Below are positions 7,363-19,147 of a stretch of 62,810 bases of DNA, in pieces. Position numbers and translations under genes: made by a program. Source of the stretch: Steroidobacteraceae bacterium (GTDB lineage Bacteria; Pseudomonadota; Gammaproteobacteria; Steroidobacterales; Steroidobacteraceae). How positions within the stretch are numbered: position 1 is the stretch's first letter; every line of letters starts with the position of its first letter. Location: positions 1 to 62,810 of the forward strand of contig DATMRG010000012.1 in the NCBI GenBank assembly GCA_035566495.1, written 5' to 3'. Under the pieces are notes generated by a model. The model worked only from the letters and a program-made list of their open reading frames with translations, searched no databases and was not told the origin of the DNA.

Positions 7363-8063
7363 CCGGCCGCGTCGTCGTCGGCGCGTAGTCGGTAGCCGAC
7401 TCCGGTCTCCGTAAGCAGATAGCGCGGCTGGCGCGGGTCCGGCTCGAGCTTGGCGCGCAGGTTCTTGATGCAGACCCGCAACGAGCGCGAGTCATCCTCG
7501 CGTCCCGGCCCCCACACCTCGCGGATCAGCTGTCGTTGCATCACGATCGAGCCGAGCTGGCGCGCGAGGCAGCCGAGCACCCGGTACTCGAGCGGCGTCA
7601 GGTGGATCTCGCCGTCGGCGCTGCGCGTCTCGCGTCGCGCCAGATCGACCCGCACGCCGCCGAACCTGAGCGTCGCCGAAGGCGCGGCGTGCGTCACACG
7701 CCGCAGCGCCGCGCGCAGCCGCGCCAGCAGCTCCGGCGCGCTGAAGGGCTTGGCGATGTAGTCGTCCGCGCCGGCATCGAGCGCCGCCACCTTCTGCTCC
7801 TCCATGGTGCGCGCCGACAGCACCACGATCGGTACCGGTGACCAGGCACGCACGCGGCGGATCACCTTGAGGCCATCGCCGTCGGGCAGTCCGAGATCGA
7901 TGAGCAGCAGGTCCGGCTTGTGACTGCGCGCCTCGATCTCGGCGCGCAGCGCGGTGTCGGCCTCGATGTAGCGGTAGCCCGCGGCGGTCAGCAGCACACG
8001 CAGCACGGCGCGGATGCCCGGCTCGTCCTCGATCACCAGCACCTGGTGCATCGCCTCGGTCAT
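7359..8063 (-). CDS. kdpE: KdpE, OmpR-family response regulator of the kdp operon
   Basis: QVLVIEDEPGIR...DLLLIDLGLPDGDG...VVLSART...ADDYIAKPF plus a winged-helix C-terminus (LTPLEYRVL...YLLTETGVGYRL). ATGA overlap with the kdpD stop at 8060-8063. Confidence 0.93.
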   Translation of the reverse strand: MTEAMHQVLVIEDEPGIRAVLRVLLTAAGYRYIEADTALRAEIEARSHKPDLLLIDLGLPDGDGLKVIRRVRAWSPVPIVVLSARTMEEQKVAALDAGADDYIAKPFSAPELLARLRAALRRVTHAAPSATLRFGGVRVDLARRETRSADGEIHLTPLEYRVLGCLARQLGSIVMQRQLIREVWGPGREDDSRSLRVCIKNLRAKLEPDPRQPRYLLTETGVGYRLRADDDAAG

Positions 8064-10792
8064 GTAGGCGCGTCCAGTGGCGACACCGCCGCTGCCACAT
8101 CCGGCGCCGACCCTTCGGTCGCAGGCAGAGTGAACACGAAGCGCGCCCCGCCGCCCGCGCGGCGCTGTGCTTCGATCTCGCCGCCGTGGGCGCGCACGAT
8201 CGCCTGGACGATCGCGAGGCCGAGCCCGACTCCCATCACGCTCCCTTCGCCGTTGCCGCGCTGGAACTTATCGAACAGGCGCGCCGGATCGCCGGCGGGA
8301 AGCCCGGGCCCGTCGTCCTCGACCGACACCTGCACGAAATCGCCGACCGGAACTGCGGACACCGACACGTGGGTGCCGGGCGGAGTGTACTTGGCGATGT
8401 TGTCGAAGAGATTGGCGAACACCTGCACGATCAGCGTGGCGTCGACCCATACCGGCGGCAGATCGGGCGCGAGGCGCGTCTCCACCGGATGATCCGCGAA
8501 CCGCTCCTGATAGCGCGTGAGGGCGCTGCCGACCAGGTCGTCGAGGGTCTGCCAGTCGCGCCGCAGCGCCACCTGGCCGGACTCGAGCCGTACCAGATCG
8601 AGGACGTTCGAGACCAGATCCGACATCTCGCGCGCCGTGGTCTCGATCGAGCGCGCCAGCTCGACGCGCGTCGCCTGATCGAGCGAGCCGCCGTGCTGGG
8701 CGAGCGCGCTGCCGGCCCCCGCCATCACGGCGAGCGGCGTGCGCAGATCGTGCGAAATTGACGAGAGCAACGTATTGCGCAGGGTCTCGCGCTCGGCCGC
8801 CAGGCTCGACTGCACCGCGATCTCGGCGAGATGGGCGCGCTCGAGGGCGAGCGCGATCTGCCCGGCGAAGGTCTCGAGCAGATGGCTCTGCTCGGGCAGC
8901 AGCACGCGGCGCGCATTCTCGGGCAGCACCGCCAGAACTCCGACCGTGCGCTGCTCGTCGCCGAGCGGCACGTACAGCCCGCGCGCCGCGGGCAGGGTGT
9001 CGGAGCCGAGACCCGCGCGGCGGCCGTGATCCGCGACCCACTGTGCCACGGCCAGGTCCGCCCCGCGGAACGAGCTGTCGAGCGGCGGCTCCGCCGGATA
9101 GTGGAGCTTGCCGTCGGTGTCGGGCAGCAGCACCGCCGCCCGGCACTGGAACACCTCGGCGACGTGCCGCACCGCCACGCGCGCCATGTTGGTGATGCCG
9201 CGGGTCACGGCCAGCTCGCGGCTCATCGCGTACAGCAGCGCCGTGCGCCGCTCGCGCGCTCCCGCAACCCGGGTCTGCTGGCGCACGCTCGCGGTGAGCG
9301 TCGCGATCACGAGCGCGATCGTGACCATGGCGCCGAAGGTGACCAGGTACTGAACGTCCGAGACCGCGAACGAGAAGCGCGGCGGCACGAAGAAGAAGTC
9401 GAAGGCGGCGACGTTCAGCACCGCGGTCAGCGCCGAGGGTCCGCGCCCGAGCCGCAGGCCCGCCACCGTGACGCCGAGCAGGTAGATCATCACGAGGTTC
9501 GAGAGGTCGAAGTGCGGATACATGGCCGCCGCCAACAGCGTGCAGAGCACGGTAATGGTGGCGGCCCAGGCGTAACGGTCCCAGCGCACCGCCGACACAT
9601 GCGCGGGTTGTCGGGCGTCCGGGAGCGGGGCGGGCGGCGGCGGGCGCGGCGAGGCGGCGATCAGCACCACATCGAACCCGCGCGCGCGGCGCGCCAGCTC
9701 GGTGGCGGTCGAGGGCCTGAGCCAGGCGTGCCAGCCGCGGCGCTTGGGCGCGCCGACGATGACGCGGGTGGCGTGGCGGGTCTGCGCGTACTCGAGGAGT
9801 GTGGCGGCCGCGGAGGGGCCATCGAGCGTCACGGTCTCGCCGCCGAGCGACTCGGCGAGGCGCAGCACGTCGATGCGGCGGTTGCGCTGTGAGTCCGACA
9901 GCCGCAGCAGCCAGGGCGTCTCCACGTACACCACGGTCCACTCGGCATCCAGCGCATCCGCCATGCGTTTGCCGGCGCGCACCAGCTGCTCGGCCTGCTC
10001 GTCCGGGCCGACCGCGACCAGCACCCGGTCGCGCGCCCCGCGTGCCTGGGCGCGGTCGGGCGGCAGCTCGCGCGAGGCGGCCTCGACGCGGTCGGCGACG
10101 CGGCGCAGGGCGATTTCGCGCAGCGCCATCAGGTTCTGCTTGCGGAAGAAGCGCTCGACGGCGGTGCCGGCCTGGCTGGCCACGTATACCTTGCCGGCGT
10201 GCAGCCGCGCGATCAGGTCGTCGGGCGGCAGGTCGATGAGCTCGATGTCGTCGGCCTCGTCGAACACGTGATCGGGGAGCGTCTCGCGCTGGCGGATGCC
10301 GGTCGTCTGGAACACCAGATCGTTGAGGCTCTCGAGGTGCTGGACGTTGACCGTGGTCCAGACGTTGACTCCCGCCGCCAGCAGCTCCTCGATGTCCTGC
10401 CAGCGCTTGGGATGGCGCGGCGCGGGCTCGCCGCCCACGAGGTTGGAGTGCGCGAGCTCGTCGACCAGCAGGATCTCCGCGCGGCGCGCCAGCGCCGCAT
10501 CGAGGTCGAACTCCTGGCGGACGATGCCGCGGTAGCTGACCGGCAGCGTCGGCAGCCGCGGCAGCCCCTCGAGCAGCCGCTCGGTCTCGATGCGCCCGTG
10601 CGGCTCGACGTAGCCGACGACCACGTCGGTGCCCGCGGCGCGCACGTTGCGGGCCGCTTCCAGCATCGCGTAGGTCTTGCCGACGCCGGCGGAGGCGCCG
10701 AAGAAGATGCGCAGGCGGCCGCGGTGCTGGCGCGCCTCATCCGCCTTGACGCGCTCGAGCAGCTGGTCGGGGTCAGGCCGGGTTTCGGCCAT
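8060..10792 (-). CDS. kdpD: KdpD sensor histidine kinase (910 aa)
   Basis: N-terminal KdpD domain with P-loop FFGASAGVGKTYAML, a USP-like segment and 4 TM helices. H-box LLSSISHDLRTPL. ATPase motifs FANLFDNIAKYT...VEDDGPGL...GVGLGLAIV. Confidence 0.95.
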   Translation of the reverse strand: MAETRPDPDQLLERVKADEARQHRGRLRIFFGASAGVGKTYAMLEAARNVRAAGTDVVVGYVEPHGRIETERLLEGLPRLPTLPVSYRGIVRQEFDLDAALARRAEILLVDELAHSNLVGGEPAPRHPKRWQDIEELLAAGVNVWTTVNVQHLESLNDLVFQTTGIRQRETLPDHVFDEADDIELIDLPPDDLIARLHAGKVYVASQAGTAVERFFRKQNLMALREIALRRVADRVEAASRELPPDRAQARGARDRVLVAVGPDEQAEQLVRAGKRMADALDAEWTVVYVETPWLLRLSDSQRNRRIDVLRLAESLGGETVTLDGPSAAATLLEYAQTRHATRVIVGAPKRRGWHAWLRPSTATELARRARGFDVVLIAASPRPPPPAPLPDARQPAHVSAVRWDRYAWAATITVLCTLLAAAMYPHFDLSNLVMIYLLGVTVAGLRLGRGPSALTAVLNVAAFDFFFVPPRFSFAVSDVQYLVTFGAMVTIALVIATLTASVRQQTRVAGARERRTALLYAMSRELAVTRGITNMARVAVRHVAEVFQCRAAVLLPDTDGKLHYPAEPPLDSSFRGADLAVAQWVADHGRRAGLGSDTLPAARGLYVPLGDEQRTVGVLAVLPENARRVLLPEQSHLLETFAGQIALALERAHLAEIAVQSSLAAERETLRNTLLSSISHDLRTPLAVMAGAGSALAQHGGSLDQATRVELARSIETTAREMSDLVSNVLDLVRLESGQVALRRDWQTLDDLVGSALTRYQERFADHPVETRLAPDLPPVWVDATLIVQVFANLFDNIAKYTPPGTHVSVSAVPVGDFVQVSVEDDGPGLPAGDPARLFDKFQRGNGEGSVMGVGLGLAIVQAIVRAHGGEIEAQRRAGGGARFVFTLPATEGSAPDVAAAVSPLDAPT

Positions 10793-10798
10793 GTTGGA

Positions 10799-11388
10799 TC
10801 ACTTCAGCGAGTCAAGCGCCAGATTGAGCTCGAGGACGTTGACCCGCGGCTCGCCGATGACTCCCAGCAACCTACCCTCGGTGTGCGCGTCAATCAATGC
10901 CCGCACCCGCGCCTCGGGCAGGGAGCGCGCGCGCGCGACGCGCGCCGCCTGGTATTGCGCCGCCGCGACGCTGATGTGCGGATCGAGACCGCTTGCGGAC
11001 GCGGTCACGAGATCGACCGGGACCGGCGCGCTATTGCCCGGGTCCGCCGTCCTGAGCGTCGCGATGCGCGCCTTCACCGCATCGAGGAGCGCCGGGTTGA
11101 GGGGACCGAGGTTCGAGCCGGTCGAGCCCGTGCCGTTGTAGGGCTGCGGCGTCGTGGCCGAGGGCCGGCTCCAGAAGTGTCCGGGATCGCCGAAGCTCTG
11201 ACCGATCAGCGCCGAACCCAGCGCGTGCCCGCCGCGCAGCAAGAGGCTGCCGCCGGCGCGCGGGAACAGCAGCTGCGCGATGCCGGTGACGGCGAGCGGA
11301 TAGACGACGCCCGTCAGCACCGTCAGCACGGCGAGCAGCACCAGCGCCGGTCGCAGGGCGCTGCGCACGAGCGGCACGCGGGCGGCGC

Positions 11389-11392
<4 letters not shown>
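10799..11392 (-). CDS. kdpC: Potassium-transporting ATPase subunit KdpC
   Basis: [28 protein letters not shown]...GSALIGQSF...[15 protein letters not shown]...[16 protein letters not shown] overlap with the kdpB stop. Confidence 0.95.
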
Positions 11393-13451
<2,059 letters not shown>

Positions 13452-13455
<4 letters not shown>

Positions 13456-15260
13456 GGGCCAGCCCACAGCATGACGTGCTCGACGATCGGGCCGAGCGCC
13501 AGCGCCGGCACGAAGGTCAGCGCCCCGACCAGCAGCACCGTGCCGATGAGCAGCACGACGAAGGTTGGACCGTGCGTCGGCATGGTGCCGTCGGACACCG
13601 GAATGCGCTTCTTGGCGGCGAGCGAGCCGGCCACCGCCAGCACCGCCACGATCGGCCAGAAGCGGCCGAGCCACATGGTGAGCGCCAGCGCCACGTTCCA
13701 GAACGGCGTGTTGGCCGAGATGCCGGCGAAGGCGCTGCCGTTATTGTTACCGGCGGAGGAGAAGGCATAGAGGATCTCGGAGAAGCCGTGCGCGCCGGGA
13801 TTGGCGACGGCGGCACGGCCGGCGTCGAGGCTGACGGCGACCGCGGTGCCGGTGAGGACGATGAAGGGCATCACCAGGATCGCGATCGAGCTCATCTTCA
13901 TCTCGAAGGCCTCGATCTTCTTGCCGAGGTACTCGGGCGTACGGCCGATCATGAGACCGGCGATGAACACGCCGACGATGGCGAAGATCAGCATGGAATA
14001 GAGGCCGGTGCCGACGCCGCCGAACGCCACTTCGCCGAGCTGCATCTGAAACAGCGGCACGAAGCCGCCGAGCGGCGTGAACGAGTCGTGCATGCCGTTG
14101 ACCGCGCCGCAGGAGGTGGCGGTGGTGATGGTGGCGAACAGCGCCGAGGCGGCGATCCCGAAGCGGCTCTCCTTGCCCTCCATGTTGCCGCCCGGCTGCG
14201 TGGCGCTCGCGGCCTGATCGACGCCGAGCCGCGCCACGAGCGGATTGCCCTGCTGCTCGCTGTGCACCGTCACGGCGAGCAGCGCCACGAACAGGATGGC
14301 CATGGCGGCCAGCACCGCCCAGCCCTGGCGCGTGTCCCCCACCATCCGGCCGAAGGTGTAGGTGAGGCCGGCCGGAATCACCAGGATCGCCAGCATCTCG
14401 AGCAGGTTGGAGAGCGCCGTCGGATTCTCGTACGGATGGGCGGAGTTGGCGTTGAGGAAGCCGCCGCCGTTGGTGCCGAGCTCCTTGATGCTCTCCTGCG
14501 AGGCGATCGGACCCATGGGCAGGGTCTGCACGCGGGTCGTGAGCGTCTCCTGCACCGGGTTGCCGGCGGCATCCTTCACCGGGTTAGCGGCGGCATCGAG
14601 CTTCGGCTGCTGGTAGGTCAGCGCCTCGAGGGTGGCGACGTCCTGGTAGCCGCTGAAGTTCTGGATCACGCCCTGCGAGGCGAGCGCGAGCGCCAGCACC
14701 AGGGCGAGCGGCAGGAGCACGTAGAGCGTCGCGCGCGTGAGATCCACCCAGAGGTTGCCGATGGTGCGGGCGGTGTGGCGGGCCAGGCCGCGCACCAGCG
14801 CGATCGCCACCACGATACCGCTGGCCGCGGACAGGAAGTTCTGCACCGCGAGCCCGGCCATCTGCGTGAGATAGCTCATGGCGGACTCGCCCGAGTAGCC
14901 CTGCCAGTTGGTGTTGGTGACGAAGCTCACCGCCGTGTTGAAGGCGGAGTCGGGCGTCAGGTTGGTGAAATGCTGCGGATTGAGGGGCAGCCAGGCCTGG
15001 CAGCGCTGCAGCAGGTACACCACGAGCGCCCCGAGCGCATTGAACAGAATGAGGCCCGCGGCGTACTGCTTCCAGCCCATCTCGGACGCCGGGTCGACGC
15101 CGCACAGACGATAAATCCAGCGCTCGAGCGGCGCGCCGGCGCGCAACGGCCAGCCGGCGCCGCCCTCGAACACCCGCGCCATGTAGAACCCCATCGGCTT
15201 CACGCAGGCCAGCACCAGCAGCAGGAAGGCCGCGATCACGGTGAGAGCGGCCGCGGTCAT
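13452..15260 (-). CDS. kdpA: Potassium-transporting ATPase subunit KdpA (602 aa)
   Basis: Polytopic membrane protein with KdpA selectivity-filter-like segments ([35 protein letters not shown]). The start overlaps the kdpF stop (TGATG at 15258-15262). Confidence 0.93.
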
Positions 15261-15349
15261 CAGAACTTCTCGGGCCGGACCAGCGCGTACAGCAGATACG
15301 CGAACAACGCCACGGTGAGCAGCGCGCTGACGGCATAGATCCAGCTCAC
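15260..15349 (-). CDS. kdpF: KdpF small subunit (29 aa, GTG start)
   Basis: VSWIYAVSALLTVALFAYLLYALVRPEKF has the typical KdpF length, a single TM helix and the C-terminal (R)PE(K/R)F ending, and sits immediately upstream of kdpA. The 78-aa track ORF is the same frame over-extended. Confidence 0.8.
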   Translation of the reverse strand: MSWIYAVSALLTVALFAYLLYALVRPEKF

Positions 15350-15438
15350 TCGCCGCCTCCGAGACGGGAGACGGCGAGGATCAGCCAGTGGGTCGCCGCG
15401 TACAGCACGACCACGGCGAGAATGAAGATGAGATCCAC
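15346..15438 (-). CDS. Possible 30-aa hydrophobic leader peptide, translationally coupled to kdpF
   Basis: GTG 15438 to TGA 15346-15348 gives VDLIFILAVVVLYAATHWLILAVSRLGGGE. The stop overlaps the kdpF GTG (GTGA). 26 of 30 codons end in G/C, as in real genes here. There is no clear SD and it is too short for the ORF track. Confidence 0.25.
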   Translation of the reverse strand: MDLIFILAVVVLYAATHWLILAVSRLGGGE

Positions 15439-15660
15439 GATTACGCCCGCGAGGTCCGAGTTGGACCGCGTACGCTACCGGGGCTCCTGTGAGCACCGCG
15501 TGAGGAAAGCGAACTGTGACGGCTGCACTGTCACGTGCGGCGCTTTTGCCGCGTCATATGCGGCCGTGAGGACGCGCTGTCTCAATCCTGTCATGCGCTC
15601 GCGGCATTCTTGGCGCGGAGCGGCGCCCCTGTCCCGTGCCGCCGCGATCCGGGCCTCCTG

Positions 15661-15882
15661 ATGCATTCGAGTCCGCTGACCGTCATCACCCTGCGCCGCG
15701 AGGTCGCGGCACGCTATGCCCGGATCGACCGGCTCTGGCTCACCGCACGCAACGCCTACCGGCGCCTGCACGACGCCCCGGTGCAGGACCTCCTCGCCCT
15801 GCGCAACGCCGCGCAGCGGCTTGACCAGCTGGACCGCGGGCGCGCGGCGCTGCGCAGCGACCTGAAAGCCCTGGCGTATTAG
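15661..15882 (+). CDS. Hypothetical small helical protein (73 aa from ATG 15661)
   Basis: MHSSPLTVITLRREVAARYARIDRLWLTARNAYRRLHDAPVQDLLALRNAAQRLDQLDRGRAALRSDLKALAY. Third-position G/C is high. No family recognised, no obvious SD, and the start is uncertain (the track ORF begins at 15535). Confidence 0.45.
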   Translation: MHSSPLTVITLRREVAARYARIDRLWLTARNAYRRLHDAPVQDLLALRNAAQRLDQLDRGRAALRSDLKALAY

Positions 15883-15889
15883 CGGCGCT

Positions 15890-16087
15890 TCAGGCCCGGC
15901 GGCCGCCGAGCACGCGCGCCGGCAGCAGGATGATGGCCTTGAGCAGCTCGAACACCCCGTCGAATACCAGCCCCACCAGGCGGAACGGCAGCAGCAGGAG
16001 CCACACGAGCGGATACAGGACGAGCGCGACGAGCGCCAGTGGCCAGCACACGACGAGCAGCAGGAGCCAGAGCAGGAACGCGGCCAT
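15890..16087 (-). CDS. Hypothetical small membrane protein (65 aa, two hydrophobic helices)
   Basis: MAAFLLWLLLLVVCWPLALVALVLYPLVWLLLLPFRLVGLVFDGVFELLKAIILLPARVLGGRRA, from ATG 16087 inside track ORF 15890..16165. Confidence 0.5.
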   Translation of the reverse strand: MAAFLLWLLLLVVCWPLALVALVLYPLVWLLLLPFRLVGLVFDGVFELLKAIILLPARVLGGRRA

Positions 16088-16146
16088 TTGACGATCCTCG
16101 AGCGACGCGCCAGAGTCGCGCACGTGTTGGAGCCGCTGTATAACAC

Positions 16147-17067
16147 ATGACCGCCGGCCGGGCATTCCATCCCGCCGCTGGCCTCGCGCCCGGCGCCCGA
16201 GTCGCCGTGATCGCGCCGGCGAGCGCCTTCGACCGCGCCTCCTTCGAGAACGGGCTCGCCATCATCGGCGCGCGTTACGACGTCAGATACCAGCCGGCGA
16301 TCCTCGAGCGGCAGCGCTATCTCGCCGGCTCAGACGGCCGGCGCCTCGCCGAGCTCAGCGACGCGCTGCTCGACCCCGCCATCGAGGCGGTGTTCTGCGC
16401 GCGCGGCGGATACGGCTCGACGCGCCTGCTCAGGCAGCTCAGCACGCTCGAGCTGGCGGCGCCCAAGCCGCTGGTCGGCTTCTCGGACATCACCGCGCTC
16501 CATTTCTGGCTGCAGAGCCTCGGGATCATGAGCATCCACGGCCCGGTGCTGACGCAGCTCGGTCAGCTGCCCGCGCAGACCCGTCAGCGCCTGTTCGGTC
16601 TCCTCGAATCCACCACCCCGGCGGCGCCGCTGCGCGGCAGCGAAGCCTACGTCCCCGGGGTGGCGGAAGGCCCGCTGCTCGGCGGCACCCTCTCGGTGGT
16701 GACGCGTCTGCTCGGCACGCCCTACTTGCCCTCGCTCGAAGGCGCGATCCTGCTCCTCGAGGACGTCGGCGAGCGGCCCTACCGGCTCGATCGCATGTGG
16801 ATGCATCTCGATCTGGCCGGCGTGCTGCGCCAGGTGCGCGGCATCGCGCTCGGGTCGTTCACCAACTGCGAGGAGAAGGACGCGGATTACAGCGCCGCGG
16901 ATGTGCTGCGCGAGCTCGCGACGGCCGCCGGGCTGCCGTGTGTGGCGGGATTCCCCATCGGGCACGGCGCGGTCAACGAGCCGGTGCCGCTCGGTGCGCG
17001 GGTGCGGCTCGACGCGGGGGCTCGCAGCCTCACGTTCCTCGAAGCCGCGGTCACTCGAGGCGCCTGA
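16147..17067 (+). CDS. ldcA: LD-carboxypeptidase (peptidase S66, muramoyl-tetrapeptide carboxypeptidase-like)
   Basis: VAVIAPASAF..., nucleophile motif GFSDITALH, LLLEDVGERPYRLDRMWMHL and GFPIGHG together give the S66 Ser-Glu-His arrangement. Confidence 0.85.
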   Translation: MTAGRAFHPAAGLAPGARVAVIAPASAFDRASFENGLAIIGARYDVRYQPAILERQRYLAGSDGRRLAELSDALLDPAIEAVFCARGGYGSTRLLRQLSTLELAAPKPLVGFSDITALHFWLQSLGIMSIHGPVLTQLGQLPAQTRQRLFGLLESTTPAAPLRGSEAYVPGVAEGPLLGGTLSVVTRLLGTPYLPSLEGAILLLEDVGERPYRLDRMWMHLDLAGVLRQVRGIALGSFTNCEEKDADYSAADVLRELATAAGLPCVAGFPIGHGAVNEPVPLGARVRLDAGARSLTFLEAAVTRGA

Positions 17068-17353
17068 CCCCGACGGCGAGCAGCGCACCGCCGTCGGCGC
17101 GCTCGATACTGAACTCGATCGGCCGGCAGCAGACCTCGCAGTCCTCGATGTACCCGGCCTCGGCCGCCGTCATGTCCACGCGCGTCTCGAGGCGCTCGCC
17201 GCACCAAGGGCAGCGCACCGCCACGAACTCCTCGGGCGCGAGGCTCGCGGTCGGGTCGGCCCCCGGCTCATACACCGGCTCGAGTCCGTAGAGCCGGTCG
17301 ACGCTGTCCGCGTCGAGGCGCGTGATACGTCCCTTGAGGCTTTCGAGCTCCAT
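17051..17353 (-). CDS. CPXCG-motif cysteine-rich small protein (start uncertain: ATG 17371, ATG 17353 or GTG 17224)
   Basis: The core VAVRCPWCGERLETRVDMTAAEAGYIEDCEVCCRPIEFSIE has the CPxCG...CxxCC zinc-ribbon pattern. The 3' end overlaps the ldcA 3' end by 17 nt (convergent). Confidence 0.7.
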   Translation of the reverse strand: MELESLKGRITRLDADSVDRLYGLEPVYEPGADPTASLAPEEFVAVRCPWCGERLETRVDMTAAEAGYIEDCEVCCRPIEFSIERADGGALLAVGVRRLE

Positions 17354-17390
17354 GGCCTTGCGCCGGGTCATCGTGCGAGGATACGCCAAT

Positions 17391-18092
17391 ATGTGGAGAG
17401 TTCGTGTTGCGCTGCTGCTCGGCGCGGCCGCGGCCCTCGCGGGGTGCGCGGGAGGTCCGAAGGCCGACACGCCCCCGGGCGTGAACCTCGCCGGCAGCTG
17501 GAAGCTGAATCACGCGCTCGGCGACGATCCGCAGCAGGTGATCGCGAAGATGCGGGCGCAGGCGCTCAAGATCGTCGCGCGCCAGAGCGCGGCTGCGGAT
17601 GACGTTCCGCGCGCCGGCCCCGCGCGCACGCAGTCGCAGGACGCGAATCCGGTCCTCGGCAACGACGACCCGGGCGCCTCAGGGGGCCGCGGCGCCCGCC
17701 GCCCGGACGTGCTGCGCTACTCGCCGATGACACACGCGCTGACCCAGGTGGTGGAGCGCGGCGATTTCCTCACCGTGCGCCAGACGAGCGAGCAGCTGGT
17801 ATTCGACTACGGCACGACGGTGCGTAGCTTCACTCCCGGCGCGCGCAGCGTCGTGTCGGCCGAGATGGGAGTGGCGGATCAGGTCTCGGGCTGGAACGGA
17901 CGCGACTACGTCATCAACATCAAGGCGCAGCTCGGTCCCAACATCGTCGACAGTTACGGGCTCTCTCCCGACGGCAAGCGCCTGATCGAGAAGCTGACCA
18001 TAGGACCTGCGGAGCTGCCGAGAATCAGCCTGACCCGCGTCTACGAGCGAACCACCGAGACGGCTCCGCGGGCACCGCAGCCGGCTGATTGA
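17391..18092 (+). CDS. Hypothetical lipoprotein
   Basis: MWRVRVALLLGAAAALAGCAGG has a signal peptide with lipobox LAGC. No family recognised for the mature part. Confidence 0.7.
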   Translation: MWRVRVALLLGAAAALAGCAGGPKADTPPGVNLAGSWKLNHALGDDPQQVIAKMRAQALKIVARQSAAADDVPRAGPARTQSQDANPVLGNDDPGASGGRGARRPDVLRYSPMTHALTQVVERGDFLTVRQTSEQLVFDYGTTVRSFTPGARSVVSAEMGVADQVSGWNGRDYVINIKAQLGPNIVDSYGLSPDGKRLIEKLTIGPAELPRISLTRVYERTTETAPRAPQPAD

Positions 18093-19147
18093 GCGTGAGC
18101 GCGCTCTGCCAACCCGGCGCGCGGCCGAGCCGCCGGCTCGCGGCGCGGGTCGCGGTGCTGTTGCTTGCGGGAGCCGCCGGGCTGCACGCCCAGCCGCCCG
18201 CCGGTCCCGCGACACCCGTCCCTGTGCCCCCTGCACCTGCACCTGCGCCGGCCGCCGAAGCGCCGCTCGCCGAGGTGGTCGTGGAGGGACGGCACGAGGG
18301 GCCGCGCATGTGGACGGTGCGGCGCGGCGACCACATGCTCTGGATTCTCGGCACGGTGACGCCGCTGCCGAAGAAGATGGTGTGGCAGCCCGATGCGGTG
18401 CGGGCCGTGCTGCAGCAATCGCAGGAGGTCGTTCCCGCCTGGCCGACTTACGGCATCGGTGCGAATCCCTTCACGGCGCTCAGGGTGTTCATCCAGTGGC
18501 GCCGCATGCAGAAGCCTACCGATCACCTGCCGCTCAAGCAGACGCTGCCGCGGGAGCTGTACGCGCGGGTCGGCGCGCTCGAGGCCCGATACGACCCGCA
18601 CGACCAGCACCTCGAGGAGCTGCGCCCGATGCTGGCCGCCGAGCGGCTGACGACGCGGGTGCTGGATGCGTCGGGACTCGCGCTTCACAACGAGGTGCAG
18701 AAGCAGGTGCTCGCCCTCGCACGCGAGCAGGGAGTGCGGATCCGCCAGGACAAACTGAAGATCGACGACCCGGTGGACGTCCTCAAGGATGTGGGCGCGA
18801 CGCCGCTGTCCGCCGAGGTCGCCTGCCTCGACGCGGTGGTCACCCGCCTCGAGACTGATCTCGGTCCGATGCAGGCGCGCGCCCGCGCCTGGGCGCTCGG
18901 CGATGTGGACACACTGCGCAGCCTGCCCCATTCCGACGAGAAGAGCGCCTGCATCGCCGCGGTCTCCACCTCCGAGCGGGTTCGCACGCTCATCGCGCGC
19001 GCCCAGGACGACTGGCTCGTGGTGGTCGAGGACAGCCTGGCGCACAACCGCGGTACGCTCGCGGTGCAGTCCATGGACCGGCTGCTCGGCGAGCACGGAG
19101 CGCTGGCAGTGTTGAAGCAGCGGGGCTACGAGGTCGAAGGACCCTAA
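18089..19147 (+). CDS. TraB/GumN-family protein, exported
   Basis: TTG start overlaps the upstream stop (TTGA). Signal peptide RVAVLLLAGAAGLHAQ. GumN-like N-terminus GPRMWTVRRGDHMLWILGTVTPLPKKM and family-like length. Confidence 0.6.
   Translation: MSVSALCQPGARPSRRLAARVAVLLLAGAAGLHAQPPAGPATPVPVPPAPAPAPAAEAPLAEVVVEGRHEGPRMWTVRRGDHMLWILGTVTPLPKKMVWQPDAVRAVLQQSQEVVPAWPTYGIGANPFTALRVFIQWRRMQKPTDHLPLKQTLPRELYARVGALEARYDPHDQHLEELRPMLAAERLTTRVLDASGLALHNEVQKQVLALAREQGVRIRQDKLKIDDPVDVLKDVGATPLSAEVACLDAVVTRLETDLGPMQARARAWALGDVDTLRSLPHSDEKSACIAAVSTSERVRTLIARAQDDWLVVVEDSLAHNRGTLAVQSMDRLLGEHGALAVLKQRGYEVEGP

Noticed and set aside
13456-13674. 73-codon N-terminal extension of KdpB in the track ORF 11389..13674.
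   Set aside because: It lies entirely inside kdpA and is Arg/Ala-rich. The GTG at 13455 gives a KdpB of canonical length and overlaps the kdpA stop (GTGA).
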